DNA of 64,000 bases from positions 1 to 64,000 of IMG/VR virus record IMGVR_UViG_3300044615_000294; one strand, 5' to 3'. This stretch comes from a virus. Under the pieces are notes generated by a model. It was given only the letters and a program-made list of their open reading frames with translations. It was not told where the DNA came from and searched no databases. The position numbers and the translations under genes are program-made. Shown one piece after another: positions 36,956 through 47,601 of this stretch (positions are counted from its first letter, which is position 1; each line of letters opens with the position of its first letter).

Positions 36956-36965
36956 TCTATAGAAT

Positions 36966-37940
36966 ATGTATAATAATGCGAGCCCTTTAAAGGCTGTGAG
37001 TGAAAGAGATGCTCTTAAAAAAGCTCTCTACAAAATGAAAGCTAGACACAATGGTGAATTAAAATCATTGAAGACAGCTTGGGTGAATTTTAATAATGCT
37101 TTTTGTGATGGTCTAGAATGGAGAACTATTACAGTTGTTGGTGCAAGACCAGGAACAGGTAAAACTTTATTTATGGAACAATTGGTTAATGATGTCATAA
37201 AGATTAATCCTGACCAAAAGTTCAGAATACTAAAGTTTCAGTTTGAGATGCTGGATGAGACAAATGGTATTAGAAAATTGTCTATGAATGTTGGTTCTGA
37301 TTACAATACTCTGATGAGTAAGGAGAAGCCTGTGGACAAAGGTGTTTTTCAAAAGTGTGTGCAGTTTTATGAAAGTACTGCAAGTTATGACATAGTAGAT
37401 GTGGTGTATGATCCATGTACAGTGGATGAGATGTGTGCTACTATTCATGCTTATATGGAGAAGCATAAAAGTGAAGATGGATTTACAAACACTTTAGTTA
37501 CTATAGATCACTCAGCTTTATTTAAAGTTGGTAAGGGGCAGAAGGATAAGTTTGAGATGCTCTATGGTTTAGGTGAAGCCCTTACAGAAATGAAGAAGAA
37601 GTTTCCTGTGGCATTCTTAGTTCTTAGTCAGTTAAACAGAAATGTTGAAACTATAGAAAGGGCTAAAGATGGTACATATGGAAACTATATTCTAGATTCT
37701 GATTTATATGGTTCTGATGCTTTATTACAACATGCAGATGTAGTGCTTGGTATTAACCGTCCCTTTAATAGAAGGATTAAATTCTATGGACCTGAGAAGT
37801 ATATTATCAATGACCCAGATTTGTTAGTATTTCACATACTAAAGTCTAGAAATGGCTACATGGGCATGAACTTCTTCAAGTTAGATAGAGATGTCATGAG
37901 GATTATGGAAGTTGATGCACCACCTACATCATCGCATTAA
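36966..37940 (+). CDS. dnaB: DnaB-like replicative helicase
   Basis: GARPGTGKT, FEM, IDH, LSQLNR, SDLYGSDALLQHAD, KSRNG. Confidence 0.92.
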   Translation: MYNNASPLKAVSERDALKKALYKMKARHNGELKSLKTAWVNFNNAFCDGLEWRTITVVGARPGTGKTLFMEQLVNDVIKINPDQKFRILKFQFEMLDETNGIRKLSMNVGSDYNTLMSKEKPVDKGVFQKCVQFYESTASYDIVDVVYDPCTVDEMCATIHAYMEKHKSEDGFTNTLVTIDHSALFKVGKGQKDKFEMLYGLGEALTEMKKKFPVAFLVLSQLNRNVETIERAKDGTYGNYILDSDLYGSDALLQHADVVLGINRPFNRRIKFYGPEKYIINDPDLLVFHILKSRNGYMGMNFFKLDRDVMRIMEVDAPPTSSH

Positions 37941-37951
37941 AATTAAAAATT

Positions 37952-38527
37952 ATGTATAACAGAAAAGACAAAGAAAGAGAGTTGATGGAACATCACTCTA
38001 AGTTTTTAGAAAAACTAACCGGTGGTTATCAGTTTACAGCTAAGACTGCATTCTATAGCAAGGGTAAGTTTGGAAGACAGATTCAGTTTTTTGAGAATGA
38101 ATTAAACAAGGGAACTGATATCTATGTAGAATTAGTGGACATTGAGAGGGATGCAAGAGGAGCTGAGATAAATATGGTTCCTATGTTTTGGGAGAGACCA
38201 CTATTCAAGTATAGATACAATCCCTATTTTAAGGAAGAGTATGAAGTTAAGACTTCTACAAATTCTAGAGGCGAGGAGTATTCTGCATATGTTATTCCAA
38301 CTTCAGAACTTGTTTGTGTAAACAAAGGGTCTGAAGAAATTCCTTATAATAGCTATGAGACACAGAGAACTGAAGAGCCAAAAGAACAAAAGAAGCTAAG
38401 TGTCTTTCCAGATTTTGAGGAAGAGTTTGTTCCTAAGCTCAAGACTCAAGAAACTGATGAAGATGTATCTAGCATTCTTTTGCAAATTGCTGAAGGTTTT
38501 CAAAAACTAGCACAAAAATTTAAGTAA
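37952..38527 (+). CDS. Hypothetical protein
   Basis: ORF track. Confidence 0.65.
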   Translation: MYNRKDKERELMEHHSKFLEKLTGGYQFTAKTAFYSKGKFGRQIQFFENELNKGTDIYVELVDIERDARGAEINMVPMFWERPLFKYRYNPYFKEEYEVKTSTNSRGEEYSAYVIPTSELVCVNKGSEEIPYNSYETQRTEEPKEQKKLSVFPDFEEEFVPKLKTQETDEDVSSILLQIAEGFQKLAQKFK

Positions 38528-38528
38528 A

Positions 38529-39248
38529 ATGGGTATAGTACTTCCAACTAAAAAAGTAAAAGCTAACAGGGTTAATCCTAAAAGATTAATTGTGTATTCA
38601 AAGCCTAAAACAGGTAAGACAACTGCATTTGCAGGTCTTGAAGATAATTTAATTATTGACTTAGAAAATGGTGCAGACTATGTGGAAGCACTTAAAGTCA
38701 AAGCTAATAATCTTCAGGAGTTAAAAGAAGTTGGCAAAGCAATCAAAGATGCTGGTTATCCATATCAATATATTACTATTGATACTGTGACAGCTTTGGA
38801 AGATATGGTTATGCCACTTGCAATTAACTTATATAAGCAAACGCCAATGGGTAAGAATTATTCTGGAGACAGTATTCTTACATTGCCTAATGGTGCGGGT
38901 TACTTATATGTTAGGCAAGCATTCTTTCAAGTTTTAGATTTTATTGATACCTTAGCTCCCCATATTATTTTATCTGGTCACATTAAGGACAAGCAGGTAG
39001 ATGATAAAGGAGAGATGGTTATGTCTGCAAACATAGATTTGACGGGCAAGATAAAATCTCTAATTTGTGCTAACGCAGATGCAATTGGTTATATGTATAG
39101 AAAGGGTAATGAAACCATTCTTAGCTTTAAAACTAATGAAGAAGTGACTTGTGGCGCAAGGCCAGAGCACTTGCAGAATGAAGAAATAGTAATTTCTGAG
39201 ATGAAAGATGGTAAGTTAAAGACTTACTGGAATAAAGTGTATAAATAA
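38529..39248 (+). CDS. AAA_24/Sak4-like P-loop ATPase (recombinase)
   Basis: YSKPKTGKTT, IIDLENG, ITIDTVT, ILSGH, ADAIGYM. Confidence 0.8.
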   Translation: MGIVLPTKKVKANRVNPKRLIVYSKPKTGKTTAFAGLEDNLIIDLENGADYVEALKVKANNLQELKEVGKAIKDAGYPYQYITIDTVTALEDMVMPLAINLYKQTPMGKNYSGDSILTLPNGAGYLYVRQAFFQVLDFIDTLAPHIILSGHIKDKQVDDKGEMVMSANIDLTGKIKSLICANADAIGYMYRKGNETILSFKTNEEVTCGARPEHLQNEEIVISEMKDGKLKTYWNKVYK

Positions 39249-39262
39249 TAAAAACAAACAAA

Positions 39263-39955
39263 ATGGGTTTAAGTACAAAAGATCTAGTAAATGAGAATGG
39301 TGGTGGTGGAATGGCAAAAACTATTGCTCCAGGAAACCACACATTAAAAATCAACAGTGTAGTGTTAGAAGACTTTCAATTTATTGATGGTGCAAAACAC
39401 TTAGTACTAAATGTTGAAACAGAACCAATTGAAGGATTTGAAGGTTTTCTGATTGATAAAGATGATGAAAGCAAAGGAAAATATAAAGGTCAAATTGGTC
39501 GGGTAAAAGCTAGTCAATATGCATTTGCTGATGGACAAACAAAGTCTGGAATTAAAATTCAAAGAGATAGATCTTTGATGATGTTCTTGGCTAACTTGTC
39601 TAAGGCAACTGGAATAATGAAATGGTTTGAGGAGCAAGATAACAAGTTTAATACAATTGAAGATTTTGTAAAGAACTTTAGTAACAATGCTCCACTTAAA
39701 GATAAGTATCTAGATTTTTGTGTTGCCGGTAAGGAATATGAAAACAAGTCTGGCTATACTGCATATGACATGTGGTTACCAAAAGCAGAAAACAATAAGT
39801 ATGCTTATGGTGAAGAAGGTTCTGATAGAATTCTTAAGTATGATGAAGCAAAGTATCTTAAGAAACTTGAGGTAAAGCCAGTAGATAACTTTGGTGATGA
39901 TGATGATGACTTTCCAACACCAGGTAAAACATCTTCAGATTTTAGTTTAGATTAA
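39263..39955 (+). CDS. Putative single-stranded DNA-binding protein
   Basis: Follows the Sak4-like gene; acidic C-terminal tail. Confidence 0.55.
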   Translation: MGLSTKDLVNENGGGGMAKTIAPGNHTLKINSVVLEDFQFIDGAKHLVLNVETEPIEGFEGFLIDKDDESKGKYKGQIGRVKASQYAFADGQTKSGIKIQRDRSLMMFLANLSKATGIMKWFEEQDNKFNTIEDFVKNFSNNAPLKDKYLDFCVAGKEYENKSGYTAYDMWLPKAENNKYAYGEEGSDRILKYDEAKYLKKLEVKPVDNFGDDDDDFPTPGKTSSDFSLD

Positions 39956-39967
39956 CAACTCCTAGAT

Positions 39968-39991
39968 AAAGGGGTTGTAATGGCCCCTTTA
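39968..39991 (+). terminator. Intrinsic terminator
   Basis: AAAGGGGTT-GTAA-TGGCCCCTTTT. Confidence 0.65.
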
Positions 39992-40011
39992 TTTACTTAA
40001 ATTGGGTTGCT

Positions 40012-40995
40012 ATGATTTCTACAAAGAATTTAATATATGATTTAGCTGATGTCCCAAGAGAATGGGCATTTGAACATTATCTTAACCTAACAGAAAAGCT
40101 TACAGGACAAGATATTAAAATGAAATCAATATTTAATCCACGGGAGAAGACACCTTCTATGTGTATTTATATTGACAGAAATAATATCTATAGGTTCAAA
40201 GATTTTTCTTCAGGTAATGGTGGTGATTCTATTGCTCTTGTCCAAAGTCTATTTAATTTACCCACTAGAGGTTCCGCAAGTTATAAGATTATAGAAGACT
40301 ATAACCAGTATGTTTTAAACAATGGTCATAATCCTATAAAGTCTTATAAGCAACACAGTAAGTTTAAAGTTACTGATTATGAAATGCGGCACTGGAATAC
40401 TCTTGATCAGAAGTATTGGATGGGATATCACATTGGTTCTAGATTATTGTCTAGATATAATGTGGTTCCACTAGAATATTATGTGATGACAAAGACAGAT
40501 GAAAATGATGTTGTGTCAAATATAACTATTAAGGGTAACTATATCTATGGTTATTTTAGAGAGGACGGGAATCTTTATAAGATTTATCAGCCAAAAGTAA
40601 AAGACAGTAAATTTATCAAGGTAAGAGATTATATACAAGGTACTGAGCAATTAGTATTTGATAAACCCTATTTGATTATTACATCTTCACTTAAAGATTT
40701 AATGGCATATCAAAAACTAAAGATTAGTAATTCAGAAGCAATTGCACCAGATAGTGAGAATACTATGATACCAGAGAATATAATGAGTAGCATTAGTTCT
40801 AAGTATCAGAAAGTATGTGTGTTGTTTGATAATGATGAGGCTGGTATAAAAGCTGCGGAGAAGTACAAATCTAGATATGGTTTTGAGTATGTTGTTCTAG
40901 AGATGGAGAAGGATTTATCAGATGCTATTAAAGTACATGGTATAGATAAAGTTAGAGACAATCTATTACCGTTATTAAAACAAGCATTATTATGA
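40012..40995 (+). CDS. DNA primase (DnaG/TOPRIM)
   Basis: EKTPSM, FKDFSSG.GGD, LFDNDEAG, KDLSD. Confidence 0.88.
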   Translation: MISTKNLIYDLADVPREWAFEHYLNLTEKLTGQDIKMKSIFNPREKTPSMCIYIDRNNIYRFKDFSSGNGGDSIALVQSLFNLPTRGSASYKIIEDYNQYVLNNGHNPIKSYKQHSKFKVTDYEMRHWNTLDQKYWMGYHIGSRLLSRYNVVPLEYYVMTKTDENDVVSNITIKGNYIYGYFREDGNLYKIYQPKVKDSKFIKVRDYIQGTEQLVFDKPYLIITSSLKDLMAYQKLKISNSEAIAPDSENTMIPENIMSSISSKYQKVCVLFDNDEAGIKAAEKYKSRYGFEYVVLEMEKDLSDAIKVHGIDKVRDNLLPLLKQALL

Positions 40996-41420
40996 GTAAA
41001 TGGTCATACCAAGGACAAGACTTTGAAAGCTCCATGATTCCAGAAGGAGCAGAAGGTTTTGTGTATGAGATGCAGGCTATAATAAATGGAAAGCTTGTAA
41101 GGTATGTTGGAAAGAAGAACTTTTATTCTACGACAAAGAAGAGAATGGGTAAGAGAGCTGTAGCACAATTACAGGATAAGAGAACTAAGAAATATACCAT
41201 ACAAAAGAAGCTATCATATATAGATTATTATAGTAGCAATGCAGAATTAAAGGCTGCACATAAAGCCGGAATAGAAATTAGAAGATATATCATTAAGATA
41301 TGTTTCTCTAAGACTGAACTTACTTATTATGAGACTAAGTATCAGTTTATAAGAGAAGTACTTGAGAGTGATGAGTTTCTAAATGGAAATATTCTAGGCA
41401 GGTTTTACAAATTCAAATAA
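40992..41420 (+). CDS. GIY-YIG-like nuclease
   Basis: GFVY...RYVGKK...YYSS...E...LNGNI. Confidence 0.7.
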   Translation: MSKWSYQGQDFESSMIPEGAEGFVYEMQAIINGKLVRYVGKKNFYSTTKKRMGKRAVAQLQDKRTKKYTIQKKLSYIDYYSSNAELKAAHKAGIEIRRYIIKICFSKTELTYYETKYQFIREVLESDEFLNGNILGRFYKFK

Positions 41421-41422
41421 TT

Positions 41423-41824
41423 ATGACAGAAGAACAATTAATGGAAGTCTTGATCCAATTGGCGGATCAGGGGGTTACTGGTATTAAGGTACATTATGAT
41501 GGTAGTGGAGATAGTGGAGCTATTGAAGGTATAGTATATACAGATATAGAAGATGCAAACTTTTCTGATATTGATCTTGTAAGTGCATGGGATCAAGACA
41601 AGAATCTTGCAGAATTAAACTCTAGTGCATATGCAACTATTCAGAATTTTGCTCATGAAACAATACTTGATAATATTGAAGATTGGTGGAATAATGAAGG
41701 TGGTTATGGGGAGTTGTTAATTAAAGTTCCTTCAGGTGAGTATCTTGTAAATAACAATATCAGAAGCATGAAAGTTGAAGAGTATAATCATCATGGTAAC
41801 TTATTTAAAAAAACAGAAGAATAA
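41423..41824 (+). CDS. Acidic protein with YDGSGDSG motif (DUF6878-like)
   Basis: YDGSGDSG...DWWNNEGGYG. Confidence 0.65.
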   Translation: MTEEQLMEVLIQLADQGVTGIKVHYDGSGDSGAIEGIVYTDIEDANFSDIDLVSAWDQDKNLAELNSSAYATIQNFAHETILDNIEDWWNNEGGYGELLIKVPSGEYLVNNNIRSMKVEEYNHHGNLFKKTEE

Positions 41825-42165
41825 TGTCACATCCTTGGCAACATGCAAGATCTTCAGCTAGAAAGTTTGGAGGTTTTCCAATTGATTACATAAAAATTCA
41901 TGAGTGGTTTGATGAAACTAAGGCTTGGATAGGACATAGTAAGCATAGAATGTTCCGTCACCATAGTGAGGGAATATTTGAATGTGAGAAAAAGTTTGGG
42001 CCAAGTTTTGAAAATTCAGAGGGTAAAACAGTATATACAAGATATGTTGGAGAACAACATGTAAAAGAGGATTGCAATGGTTATATACCAAGTGCAAAAG
42101 AGTGGGTGGATAATATAAATACACCTACAGAATGGATGATAAAAACTTTAAAAATTGAAGACTAA
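41824..42165 (+). CDS. His-rich protein (DUF6915-like)
   Basis: HPWQHARSSARKFGG...IHEWFDETK...HRMFRHHSEGI...EQHVKED. Confidence 0.7.
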   Translation: MSHPWQHARSSARKFGGFPIDYIKIHEWFDETKAWIGHSKHRMFRHHSEGIFECEKKFGPSFENSEGKTVYTRYVGEQHVKEDCNGYIPSAKEWVDNINTPTEWMIKTLKIED

Positions 42166-42494
42166 TGGAAGATGTAAAGACAATTGAATTAAAAAATGAG
42201 AAAATCAGAATTGTTTTCACAAATGAAGAAAATCCTGATGAATCACAATTAGTGATGACATTTACTGTAACAAAAGATGGAGAAAAAAAGATAACCTCAG
42301 TAGGATTAGACACTTCTCTTATTAATAGAGAAGTATCATTTATGGGTGAAATGTATATGAAAACTATTGATCTTTTATATACTGTGAAAGAAATATTTGA
42401 TTTAGGTCAAACATATGAGGGACTACATGTATTAACTAGAGCAGAATATAAAGAATATGTAACAAAAGTATTGGGACATAAAATTGAAGACTAA
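42165..42494 (+). CDS. Hypothetical protein flanked by 17-bp direct repeats
   Basis: AAAATTGAAGACTAATG at 42151 and 42480. Confidence 0.6.
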   Translation: MEDVKTIELKNEKIRIVFTNEENPDESQLVMTFTVTKDGEKKITSVGLDTSLINREVSFMGEMYMKTIDLLYTVKEIFDLGQTYEGLHVLTRAEYKEYVTKVLGHKIED

Positions 42495-42922
42495 TGATTT
42501 TAAGTAGAGATGAAGTTAAAAATTTAGTAAATATGATGAAGTCATCAGATAAAGAGAATCACTATCTGGTGTATAAAGTTTTAGAAGATTTAGATTTAGA
42601 AACAAATCTTGGAGAAGTACTAGTTATTTTTAGATATGGTAACTATAGGTTAGATGAGTGGGAAGAGGATTGTCCAAAGGTTTATGATTTTATAATAAAT
42701 AAACTACATGATTACAATGGTGGATGGGATTCAAAACCTACTACAAGTGATATCTTATCATTACTGACCAAGAATAATGCTTCTAAAGATTCTATAGAAT
42801 TGTTTCTAGAGTACTTTATGATGAATCTTGGTAGAATGTTGGACAATATGGGATATCCAACAGACAAGTTTGAATTAACAGTTAAATTAAAAGACAATGG
42901 ACAAACAGCAAAGTCTAAGTAA
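42494..42922 (+). CDS. Hypothetical protein
   Basis: ORF track. Confidence 0.6.
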   Translation: MILSRDEVKNLVNMMKSSDKENHYLVYKVLEDLDLETNLGEVLVIFRYGNYRLDEWEEDCPKVYDFIINKLHDYNGGWDSKPTTSDILSLLTKNNASKDSIELFLEYFMMNLGRMLDNMGYPTDKFELTVKLKDNGQTAKSK

Positions 42923-44075
42923 AATTAGTAAAGAGCTAATGTTGAGAGAGCCCTATTATGGGTTCTTTCTTATTATGCTCAACAAAATGTGGAGAAAAGA
43001 TCTTCCTACGGCAGGTGTGAGTAAGAATGGTATCAACTATCAGTTGGCTATCAATGAGGAGTTTTGGACAAGTCTTAGTGAGAAGCATCAAATGGGATTG
43101 CTTAAGCATGAGTTATTGCATATTGCTTTTGGACATTTAGTGAGTTTTGGTTCTTTTAGAAACAAGAAACTTGCTAATGTTGCAATGGACATGGAGATCA
43201 ATCAGTATATTGATCCAGAATATTTGCCAGATGGAGGTATAGATATAAATAACTATGAAGATCTTGATCTTGATATTAAAGCAGGTTGTAGATATTATTA
43301 TGATAAACTACAACAGCTTAAAGATGAGAAAGACAAGAACGGTACATGTGGAAATGAGGAGATGGATAAGTTGCTAGACAACATAGACAATGGAGATGTT
43401 CCTGATCATAGTACATGGGAAGAGTTTGATGATCTTAGTGAAGCTGAGAAAAAACTAATTGAGAAGCAAATTCAAAAAGTTTTAGCAGATGCTAAAGAAC
43501 AAACTATTAAGAAGCGGGGGAATGTTCCAGGTGAGATAGAAGGTGTTATAATTATTGAAGAAATAGTTAAACCTAAATTTGACTGGAGAAGTTATGTCAG
43601 AAGATTTTCTGGTACAAGTACTAAAGTATTTACCAAGAAGATTAGAAGAAAAGAGAATAGAAGGTATGATGAAAATCCTGGCCTTAAAATTAAAATGAAA
43701 CAGCATATGTTGTTGGCCATTGATACTTCAGGTTCTGTAAGTGATGCAGAGTTAAATGAATTTATGAATGAGATACACCATATCTATAAAGCTGGAGTAG
43801 ATATTACAATAGTTCAATGTGACACAAGTATTAATTCTATAGAAGAATACAAAGGTAAGAATGAACTAAATGTAAAAGGTAGAGGTGGGACTGAGTTTGA
43901 TCCAGTTCTAGATTATTATAATGCTAACCAAAAGAAATATACAAGCCTGGTGTATTTTACTGACGGAGAGTGTTATACATCTGTAAAGCCAAAAGGACGT
44001 ATCCTGTGGGTTTTGTCAGAGAGATCAAGTATGAATGAAAGTTTACCAGGTCATGTAATTAAATTAGAACTATAA
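42897..44075 (+). CDS. Metallopeptidase-VWA protein (DUF2201-like)
   Basis: HELLH and N.AMD.EIN; MIDAS DTSGS, GRGGT.F, YFTDG. Confidence 0.88.
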   Translation: MDKQQSLSKISKELMLREPYYGFFLIMLNKMWRKDLPTAGVSKNGINYQLAINEEFWTSLSEKHQMGLLKHELLHIAFGHLVSFGSFRNKKLANVAMDMEINQYIDPEYLPDGGIDINNYEDLDLDIKAGCRYYYDKLQQLKDEKDKNGTCGNEEMDKLLDNIDNGDVPDHSTWEEFDDLSEAEKKLIEKQIQKVLADAKEQTIKKRGNVPGEIEGVIIIEEIVKPKFDWRSYVRRFSGTSTKVFTKKIRRKENRRYDENPGLKIKMKQHMLLAIDTSGSVSDAELNEFMNEIHHIYKAGVDITIVQCDTSINSIEEYKGKNELNVKGRGGTEFDPVLDYYNANQKKYTSLVYFTDGECYTSVKPKGRILWVLSERSSMNESLPGHVIKLEL

Positions 44076-44086
44076 AAAGAAAAACT

Positions 44087-45256
44087 ATGAGCACAGTACA
44101 ATTAAACGTAGAAGAGTTAAAAGGATTTATCCGCCATATGGTTGCAAACAACCAGTATATCCAAAGCCAAGGAAAAGTTCCAGTGGCAATTAATATTGAA
44201 GGTGATGCCGGTCTTGGTAAGACTTCAGCTATCATGCAGTTAGGTAAAGAACTTGACATGGATGTAGTAAAGCTTAATTTATCTCAGATAGAAGAATTAG
44301 GTGACTTAGTTGGTTTTCCTGTTAAAGAATTCTTGGTAAGAAATCAAGAAGGTAAAGAGCGTTGGATAAATGAAGCTCAGATTCAAGGAGCTCTTAATGC
44401 TAAGTTTACTGTTGTAGATAAGAGAATGGCTCATGCTGCTCCAGAGTGGATTCAAGGTAAAGGTGAAGGTGGTTTCTTGGTATTGGATGACTATACTCGT
44501 GCAGACCATAGATTTATGCAAGCCACTATGGAGATCTTAGATAGACAAGAATATGTTTCTTGGAAGCTACCTAAGAACTGGCACGTAATCTTAACCACTA
44601 ATCCAGACAATGGTGACTATAATGTTACTTCTTTGGATGTTGCTCAGAAGACCAGATTTATTTCTGTAGAGATGAAGTATGATGTTAATGTGTGGGGTAA
44701 ATGGGCTGAGACAGCAGGAATAGATGGTAGATGTATTAACTTTATGTTGATGCACCCAGAGCTTGTAACTCAAAGAGTTAATCCAAGAGCTATTACTACG
44801 TTCTTTAATGCTATCAGTTCTATTCCAAAGTTTGAAGATAATCTTCCACTAATCCAAATGATTGGTGAAGGTTCTGTTGGTGCTGACTTTAGTTCTATGT
44901 TTACTATGTTTATTAACAATAAACTAGATAAGATTATCTCTCCGGATGATATTCTTAACAAGGATGAAGCATATGTAATGGGAGCTTTGACAAGTGCAGT
45001 TGGTAAAGATGATGATTTCAGGGCAGATATTTCAAGTGTAATTGCAACCAGATTGGTTAATTATTCACTTGTTATGGCTGAGAAAGGTTCTGTTGCTGCA
45101 CCTATTATTGACAGATTAGCTAAGCTTACTACAGACTGTGAAGCATTTACAAATGACTTGAGATATTATATGATCAAAGAGATTGTAAATGGAAACAAGG
45201 TGAAGTTTGCTAAACTCATGCAGAATACTAATGTGGTGAAGATGGCTATCAGCTAA
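44087..45256 (+). CDS. MoxR-like AAA+ ATPase
   Basis: GDAGLGKT, LVLDDYTRA, LTTNP, DVAQKTRF. Confidence 0.85.
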   Translation: MSTVQLNVEELKGFIRHMVANNQYIQSQGKVPVAINIEGDAGLGKTSAIMQLGKELDMDVVKLNLSQIEELGDLVGFPVKEFLVRNQEGKERWINEAQIQGALNAKFTVVDKRMAHAAPEWIQGKGEGGFLVLDDYTRADHRFMQATMEILDRQEYVSWKLPKNWHVILTTNPDNGDYNVTSLDVAQKTRFISVEMKYDVNVWGKWAETAGIDGRCINFMLMHPELVTQRVNPRAITTFFNAISSIPKFEDNLPLIQMIGEGSVGADFSSMFTMFINNKLDKIISPDDILNKDEAYVMGALTSAVGKDDDFRADISSVIATRLVNYSLVMAEKGSVAAPIIDRLAKLTTDCEAFTNDLRYYMIKEIVNGNKVKFAKLMQNTNVVKMAIS

Positions 45257-45354
45257 AACAGTGATAGAACATTTACCCCTTTAATCAAACATCAAACAAA
45301 TTAATAACTAAGATGGGGGAAGGTAATGCTTCCCCTATTCTTTATAAAACAAGT

Positions 45355-46605
45355 ATGGAAAAATACGTTCATATAGAATTACATGGTGAGAATCACCATA
45401 GTCATATTAGTGGATTCAATGTAAAAGTTATAGAAGCATTAGGAACAGATGTTCCGGATTTTGTAAATTCAAAAGGATATGTTCCTAAACAAGGAGACAT
45501 GATATATTTATTACCTGGCGTAAATATTCCCCGGGTAAAACTAAAAGATTTAGCTTTAAATCTTGGTATTAGAGTTGTCAGAGATCCAGAGAAAGCCAAT
45601 ATTATATTCAGTGGTAAGAGCAGTATGGGCAAGATGACAGGTTCTAGTTGGTATTATATTGCAGATGCAGAACTTATTCTTAATCGTGTTAAAGAAATTT
45701 GTGATGACGGGTATTATATTGAGAAATTAGAAACAGCTATTGAAGGATCAGGTGCTACTAAAATTTGTTCAGATTGGTCAGACATGAGAAATTGTTTAGC
45801 AAGTAATCATAGTCACTATGACAGTGGTTATATCTATGCTGTTGAAGAAGACCATGCAGATACATATAATGCAATGCAAGGTAAACCAATTTATAATGAG
45901 ACAGAGTTAATTACTAATATCAATGGTGATGACTCTACTATAATAGATGAAGAAGTTTTTCAGCAATTGAAAAATATGTTTGAGAGCTCAGACAGTGACA
46001 ATCATATTTTAGCTATGGAGATTATGGCAAACTCTCATTATGAGAAGAGTGTTCTTTATCTGCAAATGCTATTGAGCAATTATTGTTATCAGATCAGTAA
46101 CTCTCATACTAAGAGTCATGTGAACTTTAAATCAATGCTTAGTTATTTTAATTGGATTCCAAGAAATATTGGTAACAGAAATGCAGAGAAGATTGTTGAG
46201 ATCATTGATGAGAAAGGTTTACTTACTGTAGATATGATAAAGAGATTGTATAAAGAATATACTCATTCTATTCATGGGAATATTAATTATAGTGATGTAT
46301 TTGAGGCTAAAGAGATTACTATCAAACAAGAGTATCTTGATAAGCTTAATCTATCTTCTCTAAATTTAATTAATCCTGAGCCTGAAGAAAATCTTGAGGT
46401 CACAGATCCGGTGGATGAAATAGTTACAGATGAACTTATAGAAGCTGCATTAACTAATATTAACCGCAATGAACTCAAGTCAGAGTTAATAACTCTTGAA
46501 GAAGAAATATTAGCTGAAAAAGATTTGGCCACTTTTAAAGAAGAAGAATCAAATAACAATCAAATAGAAGAAACAAATGACGGGAATGACCTTGACTGGT
46601 TCTGA
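45355..46605 (+). CDS. Hypothetical protein with BRCT-like N-terminal segment and acidic tail
   Basis: IYLLPGVNIPRVKLK...GIRVVRDPEKANII; ATG at 45355 preferred because 45313 lies inside a hairpin. Confidence 0.55.
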   Translation: MEKYVHIELHGENHHSHISGFNVKVIEALGTDVPDFVNSKGYVPKQGDMIYLLPGVNIPRVKLKDLALNLGIRVVRDPEKANIIFSGKSSMGKMTGSSWYYIADAELILNRVKEICDDGYYIEKLETAIEGSGATKICSDWSDMRNCLASNHSHYDSGYIYAVEEDHADTYNAMQGKPIYNETELITNINGDDSTIIDEEVFQQLKNMFESSDSDNHILAMEIMANSHYEKSVLYLQMLLSNYCYQISNSHTKSHVNFKSMLSYFNWIPRNIGNRNAEKIVEIIDEKGLLTVDMIKRLYKEYTHSIHGNINYSDVFEAKEITIKQEYLDKLNLSSLNLINPEPEENLEVTDPVDEIVTDELIEAALTNINRNELKSELITLEEEILAEKDLATFKEEESNNNQIEETNDGNDLDWF

Positions 46606-47596
46606 GGAACTAGAGAAGTTTTATAAAGAGAAGTTTTATTTCAGCTATAGTAGTCTGAGTAAACTTCTTTATTCTCCCGTGGCATTCTATAATCATTATG
46701 TGCTCAAGAAGAAAGAAGACATTGTGGGACCCCATCTGGTAGCAGGTAGGGTTCTGCACTGTCTCTTATTTGAAGAGGATAAGTATGATGATTATTTTAC
46801 AAGCCTTCCGGGAAAACTACCAACTGATAGTCAGAAAAAAATTATTGATAATATTTTCAAGATACACTTGTCAGTAGAAAATAATACATTATCTTTGGAA
46901 GACTATTCAGCAGATATACTCACAGAGCTACTCACAGCTAATCTTTATCAGACACTCAAGACAGACCAACAGAGACTTGATAAAATACTCACAGAAGAAA
47001 ACAAAAATTACTTTAAGTTCTTAAAAGAAAGTCAAGACAAACTAGTAGTTGATGAACCTACTCTAAGTGGCTGTAGAGAAGGTGTTATGGTTCTAAAATC
47101 CAATCCGGAAATTAGACAGCTACTACAACTTGACAGGACAGAGGAAGATACTCATCTAGAAGTTTACAGTGAGTTGCTTGTAAATATAGATGTAGATTAT
47201 CTACCTTATGGTTTTAAGGGAATTATAGATAATCTTGTGATAGATAAAGAATCTAAGACAGTCTTTATTAATGACCTTAAGACAACGGGTAAATCTCTTT
47301 TAGAATTCCCGGACTCTGTGCAGTATTACAAGTATTGGTTACAAGCCGTGGTATATGAGAAACTTGTGTTTCATAAATTTCTAAAAGACTTACCTGATCT
47401 GGATGAGTGGAAATTGTATTTTACATTTATTGTAATAGACAAGTACAACCAAGCTTATCCATTCCAAGTCTCAGGAGAGACAATGGCCATATGGCAACAA
47501 GACTTTGATGACATAATGGATATGGCAAAGTATCATTATGAAAGCAAAGACTTTACACTGCCATATGATTTAATTATGGGTAATGTAAAATTGTAG
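46577..47596 (+). CDS. PD-(D/E)XK exonuclease (RecE/ExoVIII-like)
   Basis: FSYSSL, GRVLHC, KGIIDNL, INDLKTT, YWLQAVVY. Confidence 0.8.
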   Translation: MTGMTLTGSEELEKFYKEKFYFSYSSLSKLLYSPVAFYNHYVLKKKEDIVGPHLVAGRVLHCLLFEEDKYDDYFTSLPGKLPTDSQKKIIDNIFKIHLSVENNTLSLEDYSADILTELLTANLYQTLKTDQQRLDKILTEENKNYFKFLKESQDKLVVDEPTLSGCREGVMVLKSNPEIRQLLQLDRTEEDTHLEVYSELLVNIDVDYLPYGFKGIIDNLVIDKESKTVFINDLKTTGKSLLEFPDSVQYYKYWLQAVVYEKLVFHKFLKDLPDLDEWKLYFTFIVIDKYNQAYPFQVSGETMAIWQQDFDDIMDMAKYHYESKDFTLPYDLIMGNVKL

Positions 47597-47601
47597 AAAT
47601 T

